Below are positions 9,758 to 21,100 of a DNA stretch of 64,000 nucleotides, one piece after another (the stretch's first letter is position 1; each line of letters opens with the position of its first letter). Below the pieces are notes generated by a model, which did not search any database, was not told where the DNA came from, and was given only the letters and a program-made list of their open reading frames with translations. Origin of the DNA: Alphaproteobacteria bacterium (GTDB lineage Bacteria; Pseudomonadota; Alphaproteobacteria; UBA828); assembly GCA_963667705.1 (NCBI GenBank), contig OY763937.1:515821-579820 (forward strand), in the 5' to 3' direction. Position numbers and translations under genes: made by a program.

Positions 9758-10981
9758 ATGGCATCGTACCGAACGGCCACCGCGAATGCCGCCAGGCCGG
9801 GACGCCTCAACGCCGCCTTCGTCCGAACTGTCAGCCGACCGGGCGTCTATGGCGATCAGCACGGCCTCAGGCTCAGAGTCTACAAGTCCAGAAAACGACA
9901 GTCGATCTCCAAGCAATGGATCTGGCGCGGGACCGTCAACGGAACACGCAGAGATATCGGCCTCGGCGGCTTCCCCTACGTCTCCCTGGCCGAAGCCCGG
10001 CAGACCGCCTTCGAATACCGCAAGACAGCCAGAGCCGGTCTTGATCCGGTCACTCTCAGGCGCGGGCCCGACGTGCCGACCTTCGCCCAAGCGGCGGAGA
10101 TCGTGATCGGCATCCACCGCGAAGGCTGGAAGGACGGCGGCAAGAGCGAGGCGCAATGGCGAGCGAGCCTCAGGGACTACGTCTTGCCGAGGCTGCGCCG
10201 CAAGGGTGTCGACGAGATCACCACCGCGGACGTGATGGCGGTGCTCGTCCCGCACTGGCATACCAAGACCGAGACCATGCGCCGCGTGCGCCAGCGTATC
10301 GGAGCGGTGATGAAATGGGCGGTGGCGCAGGGCCATCGGGACGACAACCCTGCTGGCGACGCCATCGCCGCCGCGCTGCCCAAGGGCGGCAGCGTTCGCC
10401 AGCATCAGCGCGCCCTGCCGTTCCGCGACGTCGGCGCCGCGGTCGCCAGGGTGAGGACATCGGATGCGTACCGGCCTGCGGTGCTCGCCTTCGAGTTTCT
10501 GGTGCTGACGGCGTGCCGGTCCGGCGAGGTCCGGTACGCGACCTGGGACGAGATCGACTTCGCAACTGCGACATGGACGATACCGGCGCAGCGGATGAAG
10601 GCGAGGCGCGAGCATCGAGTTCCGCTGTCTGCGCGTGCGCTGGCAATTCTGCGCGAGGCGCGCGATATGAAAGACGGCTCGGGCCTGGTCTTTCCGTCGC
10701 AGCGCGCCCGCGCGATCCACGGTGGCACGGTCTCCAAGCTCATGCGGGAGCTGGGGATCGACGCAGTGCCGCACGGCTTCCGCTCGTCGTTTCGGGACTG
10801 GGCGGCAGAATGCACCGATGTGCCTCGCGAGGTTTGCGAGCTCGCCCTTGCGCATGTGAACTCCGACCGGGTGGAGGCCGCCTATCGAAGGACCGATCTC
10901 TTCGACCGGCGCCGGGCGCTCATGGAGCAGTGGTCGGAATTCATCGTCAGTGGTAGCGAAAACTCCTGCATCACGCCGTGA
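9758..10981 (+). CDS. int: Tyrosine-type site-specific recombinase/integrase (phage P4-like family)
   Basis: C-terminal catalytic motifs (HGFRSSFRDWAAE, LAHVNSDRVEAAYRRTDL with a catalytic Tyr) and an N-terminal arm-binding region. ATG at 9758 preferred within the longer ORF. Confidence 0.9.
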   Translation: MASYRTATANAARPGRLNAAFVRTVSRPGVYGDQHGLRLRVYKSRKRQSISKQWIWRGTVNGTRRDIGLGGFPYVSLAEARQTAFEYRKTARAGLDPVTLRRGPDVPTFAQAAEIVIGIHREGWKDGGKSEAQWRASLRDYVLPRLRRKGVDEITTADVMAVLVPHWHTKTETMRRVRQRIGAVMKWAVAQGHRDDNPAGDAIAAALPKGGSVRQHQRALPFRDVGAAVARVRTSDAYRPAVLAFEFLVLTACRSGEVRYATWDEIDFATATWTIPAQRMKARREHRVPLSARALAILREARDMKDGSGLVFPSQRARAIHGGTVSKLMRELGIDAVPHGFRSSFRDWAAECTDVPREVCELALAHVNSDRVEAAYRRTDLFDRRRALMEQWSEFIVSGSENSCITP

Positions 10982-11213
10982 GGCACGACCAATTCGTAGC
11001 CCATCACTGCCTGACTTAGTGCTTCAGGACGCTTAGGACGGGACGCTGAAGATGCCGACGATTGGGCTGCACCGCCGATGGCTGCACCGACATAGGATCG
11101 GACCAACTGCTTGACCAAGCCGATGCGGGAGTTAACCTTGTCGCCCCGAACGTAAGTTCAACGCCGCTGCAGAGGGGAACTCGCGTGCAGCTCAACCGAG
11201 GAACGGGACGATC

Positions 11214-11456
11214 ATGGCGCGACATGTGAAGATCGGTGAGGCCAAGACCCACTTGTCAGCGCTGCTGGCGGAGGTTGAAGCGGGCGAGGACCTGGTGATC
11301 TGCCGGGGGGCAACGCCGGTCGCCCATGTGACGCGGGTCGCACGGGAGGGCGAGCATGCCAAGCTCTCTGCGACGCTCCGGCGCGAGCGAGCGAAGCAAA
11401 GGGCAGTGACGACCTCCGAGATACTGTCCTGGCGCCATGAGGGACACGCGCGCTGA
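11214..11456 (+). CDS. Type II antitoxin (Phd/YefM or VapB-like)
   Basis: 80 aa. The N-terminal motif GEAKTHLSALLAEVEAGEDLVI is typical of Phd/YefM-fold antitoxins. The stop overlaps the start of the next gene (ATGA). Confidence 0.75.
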   Translation: MARHVKIGEAKTHLSALLAEVEAGEDLVICRGATPVAHVTRVAREGEHAKLSATLRRERAKQRAVTTSEILSWRHEGHAR

Positions 11457-11857
11457 TGGCGTTCGTTCCCGACGCTTCGGTGGCGGCCGCCTGGGTGCTG
11501 CCGGACGAGGAGGCAGCGCTGGCCGACATCGCACTCGACCGGTTGGGTGGGGAGGCGGTGAAGGTTCCGGGCGTATTTTGGCACGAGCTGCGCAATCTTC
11601 TGCTGTCGGCCGAACGCCGGGGCCGGATCGACGAGAACCATGCCGCCGCCTCGATGACGCGGCTGCGCCGCCTTCCCATTGCCAGTGCCGACGACGCGGA
11701 CGACCACGTTGTGATGGCATTGGCGCGTGTTCACCGCCTGACCGCCTACGATGCAAGCTATCTGGCGCTCGCGATTCGCGAGGGTTGTGCGTTGGCCAGC
11801 CTGGACCGGCGCCTCAATGAAGCAGCGGCGGCCGAAGGTGTCGCTCCATTCGCTTGA
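11456..11857 (+). CDS. vapC: PIN-domain toxin VapC
   Basis: 133 aa. A conserved PIN acidic residue sits in FVPDASV, with later acidic residues. The gene is translationally coupled to the upstream antitoxin. Confidence 0.75.
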   Translation: MAFVPDASVAAAWVLPDEEAALADIALDRLGGEAVKVPGVFWHELRNLLLSAERRGRIDENHAAASMTRLRRLPIASADDADDHVVMALARVHRLTAYDASYLALAIREGCALASLDRRLNEAAAAEGVAPFA

Positions 11858-12007
11858 GGCCATGCCGCAAGTTTGGCAATCGATCCGGCTCAAGGAGGCC
11901 CAACGATTTCAACCCAGCAGGTGAAGCGCGCCGAGCCCCTGCCCCATCAAGCGATATCGTGGTTCAGGAATTGACCACCCTGGACGGCGGTAGCAGCGGA
12001 GAGCCGC

Positions 12008-14430
12008 ATGGCGCAATCGGATACCTGTGCCGGGGAGGCCGCCCGGATACGCGAGCGCCTGGCACTGCTCGACGCCGAGCGGGCGGATCTTGAGAAGCGG
12101 CTTGCGGAGCTCGCGCGCTCGACTTCGATGCAGCTGGCGAATGCGAGCCCCGGCGGTACGGTGACCAACCGTTCGCCCACGAACGACAAGATCGCGCTCT
12201 TCCGGACGCTCTTCGGCGGCCGGGAGGACGTGTATCCCCGGCGCTGGGAGAACGCTGCGAAGGGCAAAGCCGGGTACGCACCGGTCTGCGCCAACGAGTG
12301 GAAGCCCGACGTGTGCCACAAGCCCCGGGTGCGCTGCGGCGTCTGCCCAAACCAGGCCTTTGAGCCGGTCACCGAGGAAGCCATCGAAAGACATCTTCGC
12401 GGGCACCACACGATGGGCGTCTATCCGATGCTGGCCGACGATACCTGCCGGTTTCTCGCAGCCGACTTCGACAAGGAGACCTGGCACCGTGACGCGGGCG
12501 CTTATCTCGACGCCTGCCGCGCGAAGGGGATCCCGGCGGCGCTCGAGCGCTCGCGCTCGGGCAACGGCGCGCATGTGTGGTTCTTCTTCGAAGACCCCGT
12601 ACCGGCATCGCTGGCTCGCCGCCTCGGCGCCCACCTCCTGACCGAAGCGATGGAACGCAATCCCGATATCGGCTTCCGCTCCTACGACCGGTTCTTCCCG
12701 AGCCAGGACACGGTGCCCCAGGGAGGATTCGGCAACCTCATCGCGCTCCCCCTTCAAGGCGGCCCGAGGGAGAACGGCCACAGCGTGTTTCTCGACGCAG
12801 ACTTCGAGCCGTGGCCGGACCAGTGGGCGTTCCTCTCCGGGCTCCGGCGCCTTACTGGGCGGAGGCCGGAGTGATCGTGGATGAGGCCGGCCGGCTGGGC
12901 CGCGTCGTGGGGCTTCGCCTGCCGCTCGACGACGACGATGAAGAGCCCTGGACCGCGCCGCCGTCGAGGCGAAAACCGCTGCCTGCGATCGCCGGAGTGT
13001 TGCCCGAGCGCATCGCTGCCGTGCTGGCAGATCAGATCTACATTCCGCGTGAAGGCCTGCCGCCAGGGCTGGTCAACCGGCTCGTGCGACTCGCGGCTTT
13101 CCAGAATCCTGCCTTCTACGCCGCGCAAGCAATGCGTCGCTCGACCTTCGGCACGCCCCGCGTCGTCGCCTGCGCCGAGCTTCTCTCGCATCACATTGCA
13201 CTTCCGCGCGGTTGCCTGGCGGCGATGGAGCACCTGCTCGAAGAGCTCGGCATCCGTCTCGATCTGCAAGACAAGCGTTTCGCGGGCCGTCCGGTCGAGA
13301 CGACATTCCTCGGTGAATTGACGCTGGAGCAGGCGGCGGCAGCCAATGCCCTGCTCCAGCATGACACCGGCGTGCTGGCGGCGACCACCGCGTTCGGCAA
13401 GACAGTCGTCGCGGCATCGCTCCTGGCGACCCGCAGGGAAAACACCCTCGTCATGGTTCACCGCCGTCAACTCATGGACCAGTGGATCGCACGGCTCGGG
13501 GCGTTCCTCGATCTGCCGGCTTCAGCGATCGGGCAGATCGGCGGCGGCAAGCGCAAGCCCACGGGCGTCGTCGACGTTGCCGTCATCCAGAGTCTCGTGC
13601 GCGGTGACGAGGTGGACGACATCGTCGCCGACTACGGCCATCTCATCGTCGACGAGTGCCACCATCTCTCCGCGGTCAGCTTCGAGAAGGTGGCACGCCG
13701 AGCGAAGAGCAAGTTCGTGCTGGGGCTGTCGGCGACCGTGACACGCCAGGACGGTCACCATCCGATCGTGTTCATGCAATGCGGCCCGGTGCGGTTCCGG
13801 GCGAGCGCGAAGTCCCTCGCCCGTCAGCGCCCCTTCACGCATCGGACGTTGCTGCGCCCGACGGCGTTCCGCCTTCCCGACGACATCGCGGAGGAGCGCC
13901 CGCCGATCCAGCAGATCTATGCGGCGCTTGCCGAGGACGAGGCCCGCAACGATCTGATCTTCGACGACGTGCTGAACGCGCTCGAGGCGGGCCGCTCACC
14001 GCTCGTCCTCACCGCGCGCAAGGAACACGCCCGCCGGCTTGCCGAACGGCTCGACCGGTTCGCGCGGAACGTGCTGTTCCTTCGCGGCGGCATGGGGGCG
14101 AAGCAGCGCCGCTCGGTCATGCAGCGCCTCGAAGAGATCCCCGATGCCGAGGAGCGGATCCTGGTCGCGACGGGGCGCTATATCGGCGAGGGGTTCGACG
14201 ATGCGCGCCTCGATACGCTGTTCCTCGCGATGCCGGTCGCGTGGCGGGGGACGCTCGCGCAGTATGTTGGGCGGCTGCATCGGCTACATCCGTCCAAGTG
14301 CGAGGTTCTGGTTTACGACTACGTCGACGAGGCGGTTCCCGCACTGCGACGAATGACGCAGAAGCGCGTCCAGGGCTACCGCAGCCTCGGCTATTCGGTC
14401 GAACGGCCCGGCGGTGAAAGCACTGTGTGA
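12008..14430 (+). pseudogene. Frameshifted gene for an archaeo-eukaryotic primase (AEP/PrimPol-like) N-terminal domain fused to an SF2 DEAD/DEAH-box helicase. It resembles the conflict-system AEP-helicase proteins that annotation pipelines label 'TOTE conflict system' (name recalled from memory, not checked).
   Basis: Frame 2 (12008-12874) encodes the AEP-like region (CxxC...C..C, NGAHVWFFF). Frame 1 continues from about 12860 with Walker A (TAFGKT), DECHH (motif II) and a helicase C-terminal domain. The two reading frames overlap and switch near 12845-12870. Confidence 0.6.
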
Positions 14431-14769
14431 ACAGTCCGGCGATGGTCACCGCGCGACCTGTTACCTGGAGTACCCGCACTTGCCGTTCGGTCCACGCCGC
14501 CGCACCGGCATAGTCCCGTTTCATCCACCGATTTTCCGGCACCGAAACCGGGGGTTCAGGCTGTTCGAGTATGAACCGTGACACGTCCAATTCCAACTGC
14601 GCCAACGCGCTCCTTGAGCGTCAGCCAATCGGTCGCCATGATCGAACACTGCCGTGGCGCCGCAGCCGCGACCGCCGGCCTGGAGCGGCTTTGGCGATGG
14701 CCTTGAGACGGGCGCTGGGGCGGCAAGGGCGGCCGGCGGCCTCGATAGCCGCAGCACAGTGAGGGCAAC

Positions 14770-15264
14770 ATGAGCACCTGGAGCGATCCGGCGCGCTGCG
14801 CGGTGACGCTGGCCGAAATACTGGAGGCCCTCGACCGAGCGATCCTGACCGATGACGCTGCCTTGCGGCACCGCCTCGCGCACGTCGAAACGCTGCGGGT
14901 TGGCGTCTACTGCGGCGACCGTGACCGCTACTCAAACGAGGCCGATGAGCGGTTGGAAGAGATCGGCAACGTGCTCTACGAGGCCGGCGATTTGACCTTG
15001 CGCATGCGCGGAAAAGTGGCCACAGCCCGAGAGGTACGCGGCCGGCTGGCGCGCGCCCGAGAAGCGGTAGCCGAAGAGGCGGATATTGACCGCGCGGCCA
15101 ACGCCAAGCGCGTGGCGGCCAAGCACGTGGCGGCAGACCGCGCGACGCTCACGGAAGCCGACCGCAAGGCGCGGAGGGCCGAGGTGGCCCGCGTGGCGGC
15201 GCTCGCACCGGACGAGGCGCGGGTCGAGGCGCTCCTGGTCGAGCTCCAGGGAAGGACGACTTGA
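14770..15264 (+). CDS. Hypothetical protein (Ala/Arg-rich, predicted helical)
   Basis: ORF with protein-like composition in the gap between the helicase gene and the PKS operon. Confidence 0.4.
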   Translation: MSTWSDPARCAVTLAEILEALDRAILTDDAALRHRLAHVETLRVGVYCGDRDRYSNEADERLEEIGNVLYEAGDLTLRMRGKVATAREVRGRLARAREAVAEEADIDRAANAKRVAAKHVAADRATLTEADRKARRAEVARVAALAPDEARVEALLVELQGRTT

Positions 15265-15380
15265 TACGGCGGGACTCCGACGAGCGCGCGATCACCCCAT
15301 GGCAGGCGCTCATGTCCGTATCGCCCCCCGGAACCGGAACGGTGAGCGGCGGCGTCCACTCCTATCGATACGCCATGGGG

Positions 15381-17876
15381 CTACGCGATCTTCCGTGAGG
15401 CAACAAACTCCCGATACGGCGCAAATGCGGCTGCGACCTGTTCGGTGGTGAGGCCGAAGTCCTTCAGGCTATATCGATGCGGTGGCTCCCGGCGACGTTG
15501 TTCCGCCTGCCGTTCGAGCCAGCTCTCCATATCGGCCGCAGCCGCCGGCTCGAGCCGCCAGTCGAACCGTTCGTAAATTTCGTTGACCACCGCCATCGGG
15601 TTCTCGACCAGGTCGCGGTAGCTCACATCGACCCAGCGCGCCTCGAGCTCGGGGCACGACGCCCGGAACCGCATCGCCTCGTTGAGCATGCCGCTCATCA
15701 GGTCCAGCTGCTCGGCACCGGTGTCGTGCCGCGGGCGCGGTTCGATGGAGACGGAGCGTATCCGGTCCACAAGGCTGTTCCACGATCCCATAAACTGCGT
15801 GGGCTCGCGATGGGTCTGGATAAAAACCGCATCCGGGTAGTTCGCGAGCAGCGCCTCCAGCTCCATGAGATGGAAGGGCATCTTGAGCAGCCAGCCCTTC
15901 CCGGCATCGGGCTCGCGCTGCCGGCGCTGCCAGGTGAAGTGCCGCATGACGCGACGGTGATAGGCGTAGGCATTGTCCGAACCGGTGGCGGCAAGCCAGC
16001 TGCGGTAGTCCGGCACGTAGTACGCGACGGCGTTGACCCAGGATGCGAAGGACTGCCTGAGGATCGGGAAATCCTCCTCGGGCTCGTCGATATCGATGCG
16101 GTGCATTTCGGCGAACTGATCCACGACCCGAATGGAGTCCAGCAACTCCTTCACGTGAGCCCGGCGCGGGTCGCCGGCGGTGCGCGCGACGGAGCCGTAC
16201 TCTCCGCTTGCCAGAACCGGCTCCGACAGCTCGTAGCGACGCAGCGTCCAGAATCTTCCGTCGCGCGCCATCATCCGGTGCAGAAACGTGGTGCCGGTTC
16301 GATTGATCCCCACGATGAACACCGGACGCACGATCTCCTCGCGCTCGATCTCGGGGTGCTGCTGCCACTCGCGGGCGAGCGCCGCATTGTTGCGAAGCTG
16401 GCGGTTCAGTTCGTAGACGAGGTGCGGGCGTCTCTCCTTCAGCAATCCGGCCTGTGGTGCGCTGAGTACCTCCACAAGGCGCTGGAATCCCGTACGCATC
16501 CACGCGGGAAACGTGTGGTCGAAGGGAACGCCGACGCGTTCGGCGTAACCCTCGGCCTGCGCCATCAGGCGGTCGAGGTCCAGGCGGGCTTTCGGCACCG
16601 GATAGGGCCACCCGTCGCCCTGTCGCCGTATCCAGTCGTAGGAGCGCGAATGCCGGAGGAGCAATGCCGGCCACTGGACAGGAAAGGGACAGTCCTCGCG
16701 AATGGCGCGATCGTCGACCGGAGCAACGCCGCCGGCCTCGCCGTCCGCGAACCAGTACGGTGCGAAGTAATCGAGAAGCGTCCACAGCCCGTGCAGCGGA
16801 GAGCGCTCTCCAAGCGCCTCGCAGGCACGCTTGAACGTCTCGTATGGAACTTCGCGCAAGTAGAGGCCGAAATCGGCCGGCCCGAAATCGTCGTGCGGAG
16901 GTTGCGGATCGCAGCAATGGTAGATTGTGAACCGCCGCTCGGGATTCGCCGAGATTGCGGCGCATATCTCGGTGAGCGTATCCACGGGCTCGGCACAGCT
17001 CTGTATGGAGAAGCCGGCGGGAGCCATTTCGACCTGTATCGCCGCGAGGTAGATGGAGAGCGCGACGGCGCTCGCGTTCGTGAATCCCGTGCTGGACATC
17101 CCTGTCTGCGGCAGGCGAAAAATCGCCACCGGCAGTCCGGCCGCGTTCGCGAAGAGCAGGACCTGTTCGGAAACGAGCTTGCTCCACGGGTATCCAAGGA
17201 AGCCGAGCGGCAACACCCTCTTCATGGTTGCCAGATCGGGCTGCATGTGGTGCTCGATACGACTGCGACTGAATTCGTTCGAGAAATTGCAGAAGTACTC
17301 AGGGAAAACGGCCATCGTGGAAGCGTAGAAGACGTGCTTGAAACGCGTTCGCAGGCACAACGCGAGCACATTGCGAAGACTGGTCGCGTTCACGTCGCGT
17401 ATCGAGGAGTAGGACGACACGAGGGAGAGGTCGGCGGCAAGGTGGTAGACCGCGTCGATGCGTCGGCACAGATCGTCGAATTCCGCATTGCTCAAGCCGA
17501 ATCGAGGCGCGCAAATATCCCCGGCCACGACCCGGATGCGCGGCCCGAATGCGTCGTCCCAGATCTCGGCGTGCTCCAGGGCGGCGCGTATCCGCGCGAA
17601 GCCATGCTCGACGCCGTCCGTGCGGACCAAGCAGTGCACCACGAGGCTGTCGTCTTGCCGCAGGAGATCGCGCAACAGAAAGCGGCCCACGAACCCGGTG
17701 GCGCCGGTCAGCAGGACTTCCCGGAAGTCGTTCGCCGATACCGGCTCGGCCGGCGATTCCTCCCCGATGGTGGAATGAACGAATCTGCGCAAACCGTCGA
17801 GGTCGCGCTGGCACTGCATCGGCAAGCGACCGGCGAGGGAGGGCACCGCGCAGGAAGCGGGGAGCGTTTCAGCCAT
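15381..17876 (-). CDS. Bifunctional thioester reductase (SDR-type R domain) and sulfotransferase fusion protein
   Basis: N-terminal LLTGATGFVGRFLL NAD(P)-binding motif and YPWSK (YxxxK), matching NRPS/PKS terminal reductase domains. C-terminal VFIVGINRTGTTFLHRMM is a PAPS-binding 5'-PSB loop of the sulfotransferase family. Confidence 0.8.
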   Translation of the reverse strand: MAETLPASCAVPSLAGRLPMQCQRDLDGLRRFVHSTIGEESPAEPVSANDFREVLLTGATGFVGRFLLRDLLRQDDSLVVHCLVRTDGVEHGFARIRAALEHAEIWDDAFGPRIRVVAGDICAPRFGLSNAEFDDLCRRIDAVYHLAADLSLVSSYSSIRDVNATSLRNVLALCLRTRFKHVFYASTMAVFPEYFCNFSNEFSRSRIEHHMQPDLATMKRVLPLGFLGYPWSKLVSEQVLLFANAAGLPVAIFRLPQTGMSSTGFTNASAVALSIYLAAIQVEMAPAGFSIQSCAEPVDTLTEICAAISANPERRFTIYHCCDPQPPHDDFGPADFGLYLREVPYETFKRACEALGERSPLHGLWTLLDYFAPYWFADGEAGGVAPVDDRAIREDCPFPVQWPALLLRHSRSYDWIRRQGDGWPYPVPKARLDLDRLMAQAEGYAERVGVPFDHTFPAWMRTGFQRLVEVLSAPQAGLLKERRPHLVYELNRQLRNNAALAREWQQHPEIEREEIVRPVFIVGINRTGTTFLHRMMARDGRFWTLRRYELSEPVLASGEYGSVARTAGDPRRAHVKELLDSIRVVDQFAEMHRIDIDEPEEDFPILRQSFASWVNAVAYYVPDYRSWLAATGSDNAYAYHRRVMRHFTWQRRQREPDAGKGWLLKMPFHLMELEALLANYPDAVFIQTHREPTQFMGSWNSLVDRIRSVSIEPRPRHDTGAEQLDLMSGMLNEAMRFRASCPELEARWVDVSYRDLVENPMAVVNEIYERFDWRLEPAAAADMESWLERQAEQRRREPPHRYSLKDFGLTTEQVAAAFAPYREFVASRKIA

Positions 17877-18136
17877 CTCCTGTCTCGCTCGCTACCGGGG
17901 ACGCCGAACCTGAGCCCACCCGGTCGCCGCGGACTGCGACTGCCGGGCCGCGGATCGGAGACCGAGCAGCCAGGGAGTGCTCGGGTCTTCAGAACCAGGG
18001 GTGCGACGCTGCGGAGGAGGCCGTGTCCGATCCATGAGTGCCACCCTCCCAACAACGTGCCGCAAGGAGGCATGCAGGTTTCGGTAACGTGACGGTGTCC
18101 TGGTCGGTATGGAATCCGGGCCGGTCTGGCGAATGG

Positions 18137-21100
18137 TCAGGACTCCGACGTCATTTCGTTTCGGCTCGCACAGAGCACCGGCGGAAAGTGATCTTCCAGG
18201 ACGCTTGCGAATTCCGACGGCCTTCGGCGCCCGCGGAGCCGACCGGAGAGAGGCGCGTCCGCGCTCTCCACTGCATCGGTCTCGCCTTCCACTTCCTCGG
18301 GCTGTTCCGCTCTGTGGACGATCGCATGCGCCAAGGACTGGCAGGTGGCGGTGGTCATCAGCTCCAGAGCGCTGACCTGGAAGTTGAACTGATTCTGAAG
18401 AAACGCCACGAGCTCGGCAACGGAGATCGAATTGAATCCGAAACTCGCCAACGGCTCGTCCATGTCGCCTTCATCGTGGCCGCATAACTCGGCGACCTTC
18501 TCGGCGATCTGCGTCATCACGGTTTCGAGCGTGAGCCGGTCGTCGGAATGACCCTGGAACGCATCGTGGTTGCTCATCAGGCGGCCGATGCGCATGTAGT
18601 CCGCAGAGTCAACGGTCAACGGAACCCGCTTGAACAGCGCGGTCACAAGATGGTCGCTGTCGGACAGTCTGCGCAGCGCGTAGTCGAGGTTGGCGATTGC
18701 GAAGTGAACGCTCACCGGGGGCATGCCGGCCATCCTCAGCATGCGCAGTACATGGTGGTTACGCGAGGCCATGCCGACCTCGGCGACCGCCGCAATGTTG
18801 TAGGACAGCGCCGGCAAACCCTGCCCGCGGCGCCACGTTGCGAGGCCATCGAGGTAGGCGCTGGCGGCGCTGTAGTTGATCTGTCCGGGATTGCCGAAGG
18901 TCGAGGCAGTGGACGAGACCATGACGAAGAGGTCGAGCGGATGCCCGGCTGTCGCCCGGTGAAGATTCAGCGCGCCGGTCGCCTTGGGAGCGAACACCGT
19001 CTCCACGGATTCCCGCGACATGGTGTCGAGCAGACGGTCATCGAGTACACCGGCGAGGTGAAAGACGCCCTTGAGCGGGCGGCGCAGGCTGGCGACGCAG
19101 CGCTCCACGTCCGCCGCAATCGCGACATCGCCCGCGACGATGTCGATCTCGCATTCATGGGCCATGTATTGCAGCGAGCTCGATTCGCGCAACCAGTCGG
19201 CGCTACGGCGACGCTCAGGGTCCCGATCCATCAACGTGAGATGGCGGGCTCCGACTGAGACGAGATAGGGCAGCAGGCACAGACCGAATCCGCCGAGGCC
19301 GCCGCTCACGAGGTAGGTCGCATCGGGGTCGAGCAGCGGGCGCCGGTCGACGATCGGGAACTGCGGATGAACACCGGCCGGCGGGGACCTGAGCACCAGC
19401 TTCCCCTGATGCTTGCCGCTGGTCATCAGGCGCAGGGCCTTCGCGTAGTCCTCGTAGTCGTAGACGGTGATCGGCAACGGCGGCAGTTCGCCCCGTTCGA
19501 GCAGGTCGAGACAGGTCTCGGAGAGTCGGCGCAGGAGCCAGGGGTCGTCGACCATCAGGCGATCCACGTCGACCGCGGCGAAGCGCAGGTTCTTGCGGAA
19601 GACGTAGAGGCCCAGCGGATTATCGGAGTAGATGTCGACCTTTCCGATCTCGCAGTGCCAACCGCCCGGACGCAAGGCCTCTAGACACAGCGCGAGGTGA
19701 CGGCCGGCGAGGGAGTTCAGGACCACGTCGACACCTTCGCCGCCTGTCGCTCCCATCAACTGGTCGTACCAGCTCTCGCTGTGCGAATCGAACGCCGCGC
19801 TCGCACCGAGCTCGAGAAGCCGATCACGCTTGGCCTCGCTTCCCGCCGTTGCGTAGATCGTCGCCCCTGCGCGCCTGGCAAGCGCGATGGCGGCCTGTCC
19901 CACTCCGCCCATGGCGGAGTGAATGAGGACGCTCTGACCTTCGGACAGCCGAGCCAGGTGAACGAGGGCATAGTACGCGGTGAGGTAGACCGAGAGCGAA
20001 GACGCGGCTTGCTCCATGTCGAGGCGGGCAGGCTTGGAAAACACGAGGGGGGCGTCGACGACTGCCCGATTGGCGATACATCCGCCCTGGGTGAAGATCA
20101 CCTCGTCGCCGGCCAGGCAACGGTCCACCCCCTCGCCGACCCGGCGCACGACTCCACTGGCTTCCATGCCGACCTCCAGCCCCAGCGCGGAGCGTTCGTA
20201 GGCCGCCGAGGGCAGCAGTCCCAAGGTCGCCATGACATCGCGGAAGTTGAGCGCCGCCGCCTTCACGTCGACCTCCACCATCCCCGGCCCGAGCGCCGCG
20301 GGTTCGTACGTCTTCATCTGCAACCCGCCGATCTGCCCCGGGTTGTCCAGGCACAGGCGGTAGGTGGTTTCGTCGCCGGCGGGGACGCAGGGAGCATGGT
20401 CGCGAATGCTTTCAATGCGGGGTACCCACAGGCGGCCCCCCCGCACCGCGACCTCCCGATCGCGCAGATCGCAGCGAGCGAGCGAGGCCAGGGTCTTCAG
20501 GTCGTCGTCGGCACCGAGATCCACCAGACGGAAGTCGATTCCGGCATCCTCGCCCACCTCGATCGCCATGCTGCGAACCGCGCCCCACAGGCCGCACCCG
20601 CGCGGGTCTTGAACGTCAAAGGCGGCGCCCCGAGTCACGACGGTGACGCGGCACCGGGACTCCGCATGCTCGGTCCGGTACGACACCAGCGCCCGGACGA
20701 GGGCGACAAAGGCCGACACCACCCCCTCACCGGTAGGGTCCTGCGGATCGCGACCGCAGAAGAAGTCGACGGCCTGCAAGTCCGCCACCCGAGGCCATTC
20801 GTCGATGTCGTGGACCTCGCCGCAGACGAGAGGCTCAAAGGCAATCGGGTACACCTCCGGATCATCGAGCAGGGACGGCCAGTCCTGCGCCGGGCTCTGC
20901 GGCTCGCCCACCACCCAACGGGGTGTCGGAACAGCCGTCGCATTCAGGGGTTTCGCCCACGACTGCGGGGCCTGAAGCAGGGTGCTGCGCGCGGCGGCGC
21001 GAACGACGGCCCAACCGGCGCCGGGTTCGAGCACGTCGCCTTCGGAGTGAGAGACCAGTGCCAGGCCTCCGGCCACCAGCAAGCGTCTCCAGAACTCCCA

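Noticed and set aside
15477-18092. 871-aa + strand ORF
   Set aside because: Antisense to the reductase-sulfotransferase gene, with biased composition. The minus-strand product has clear motifs.
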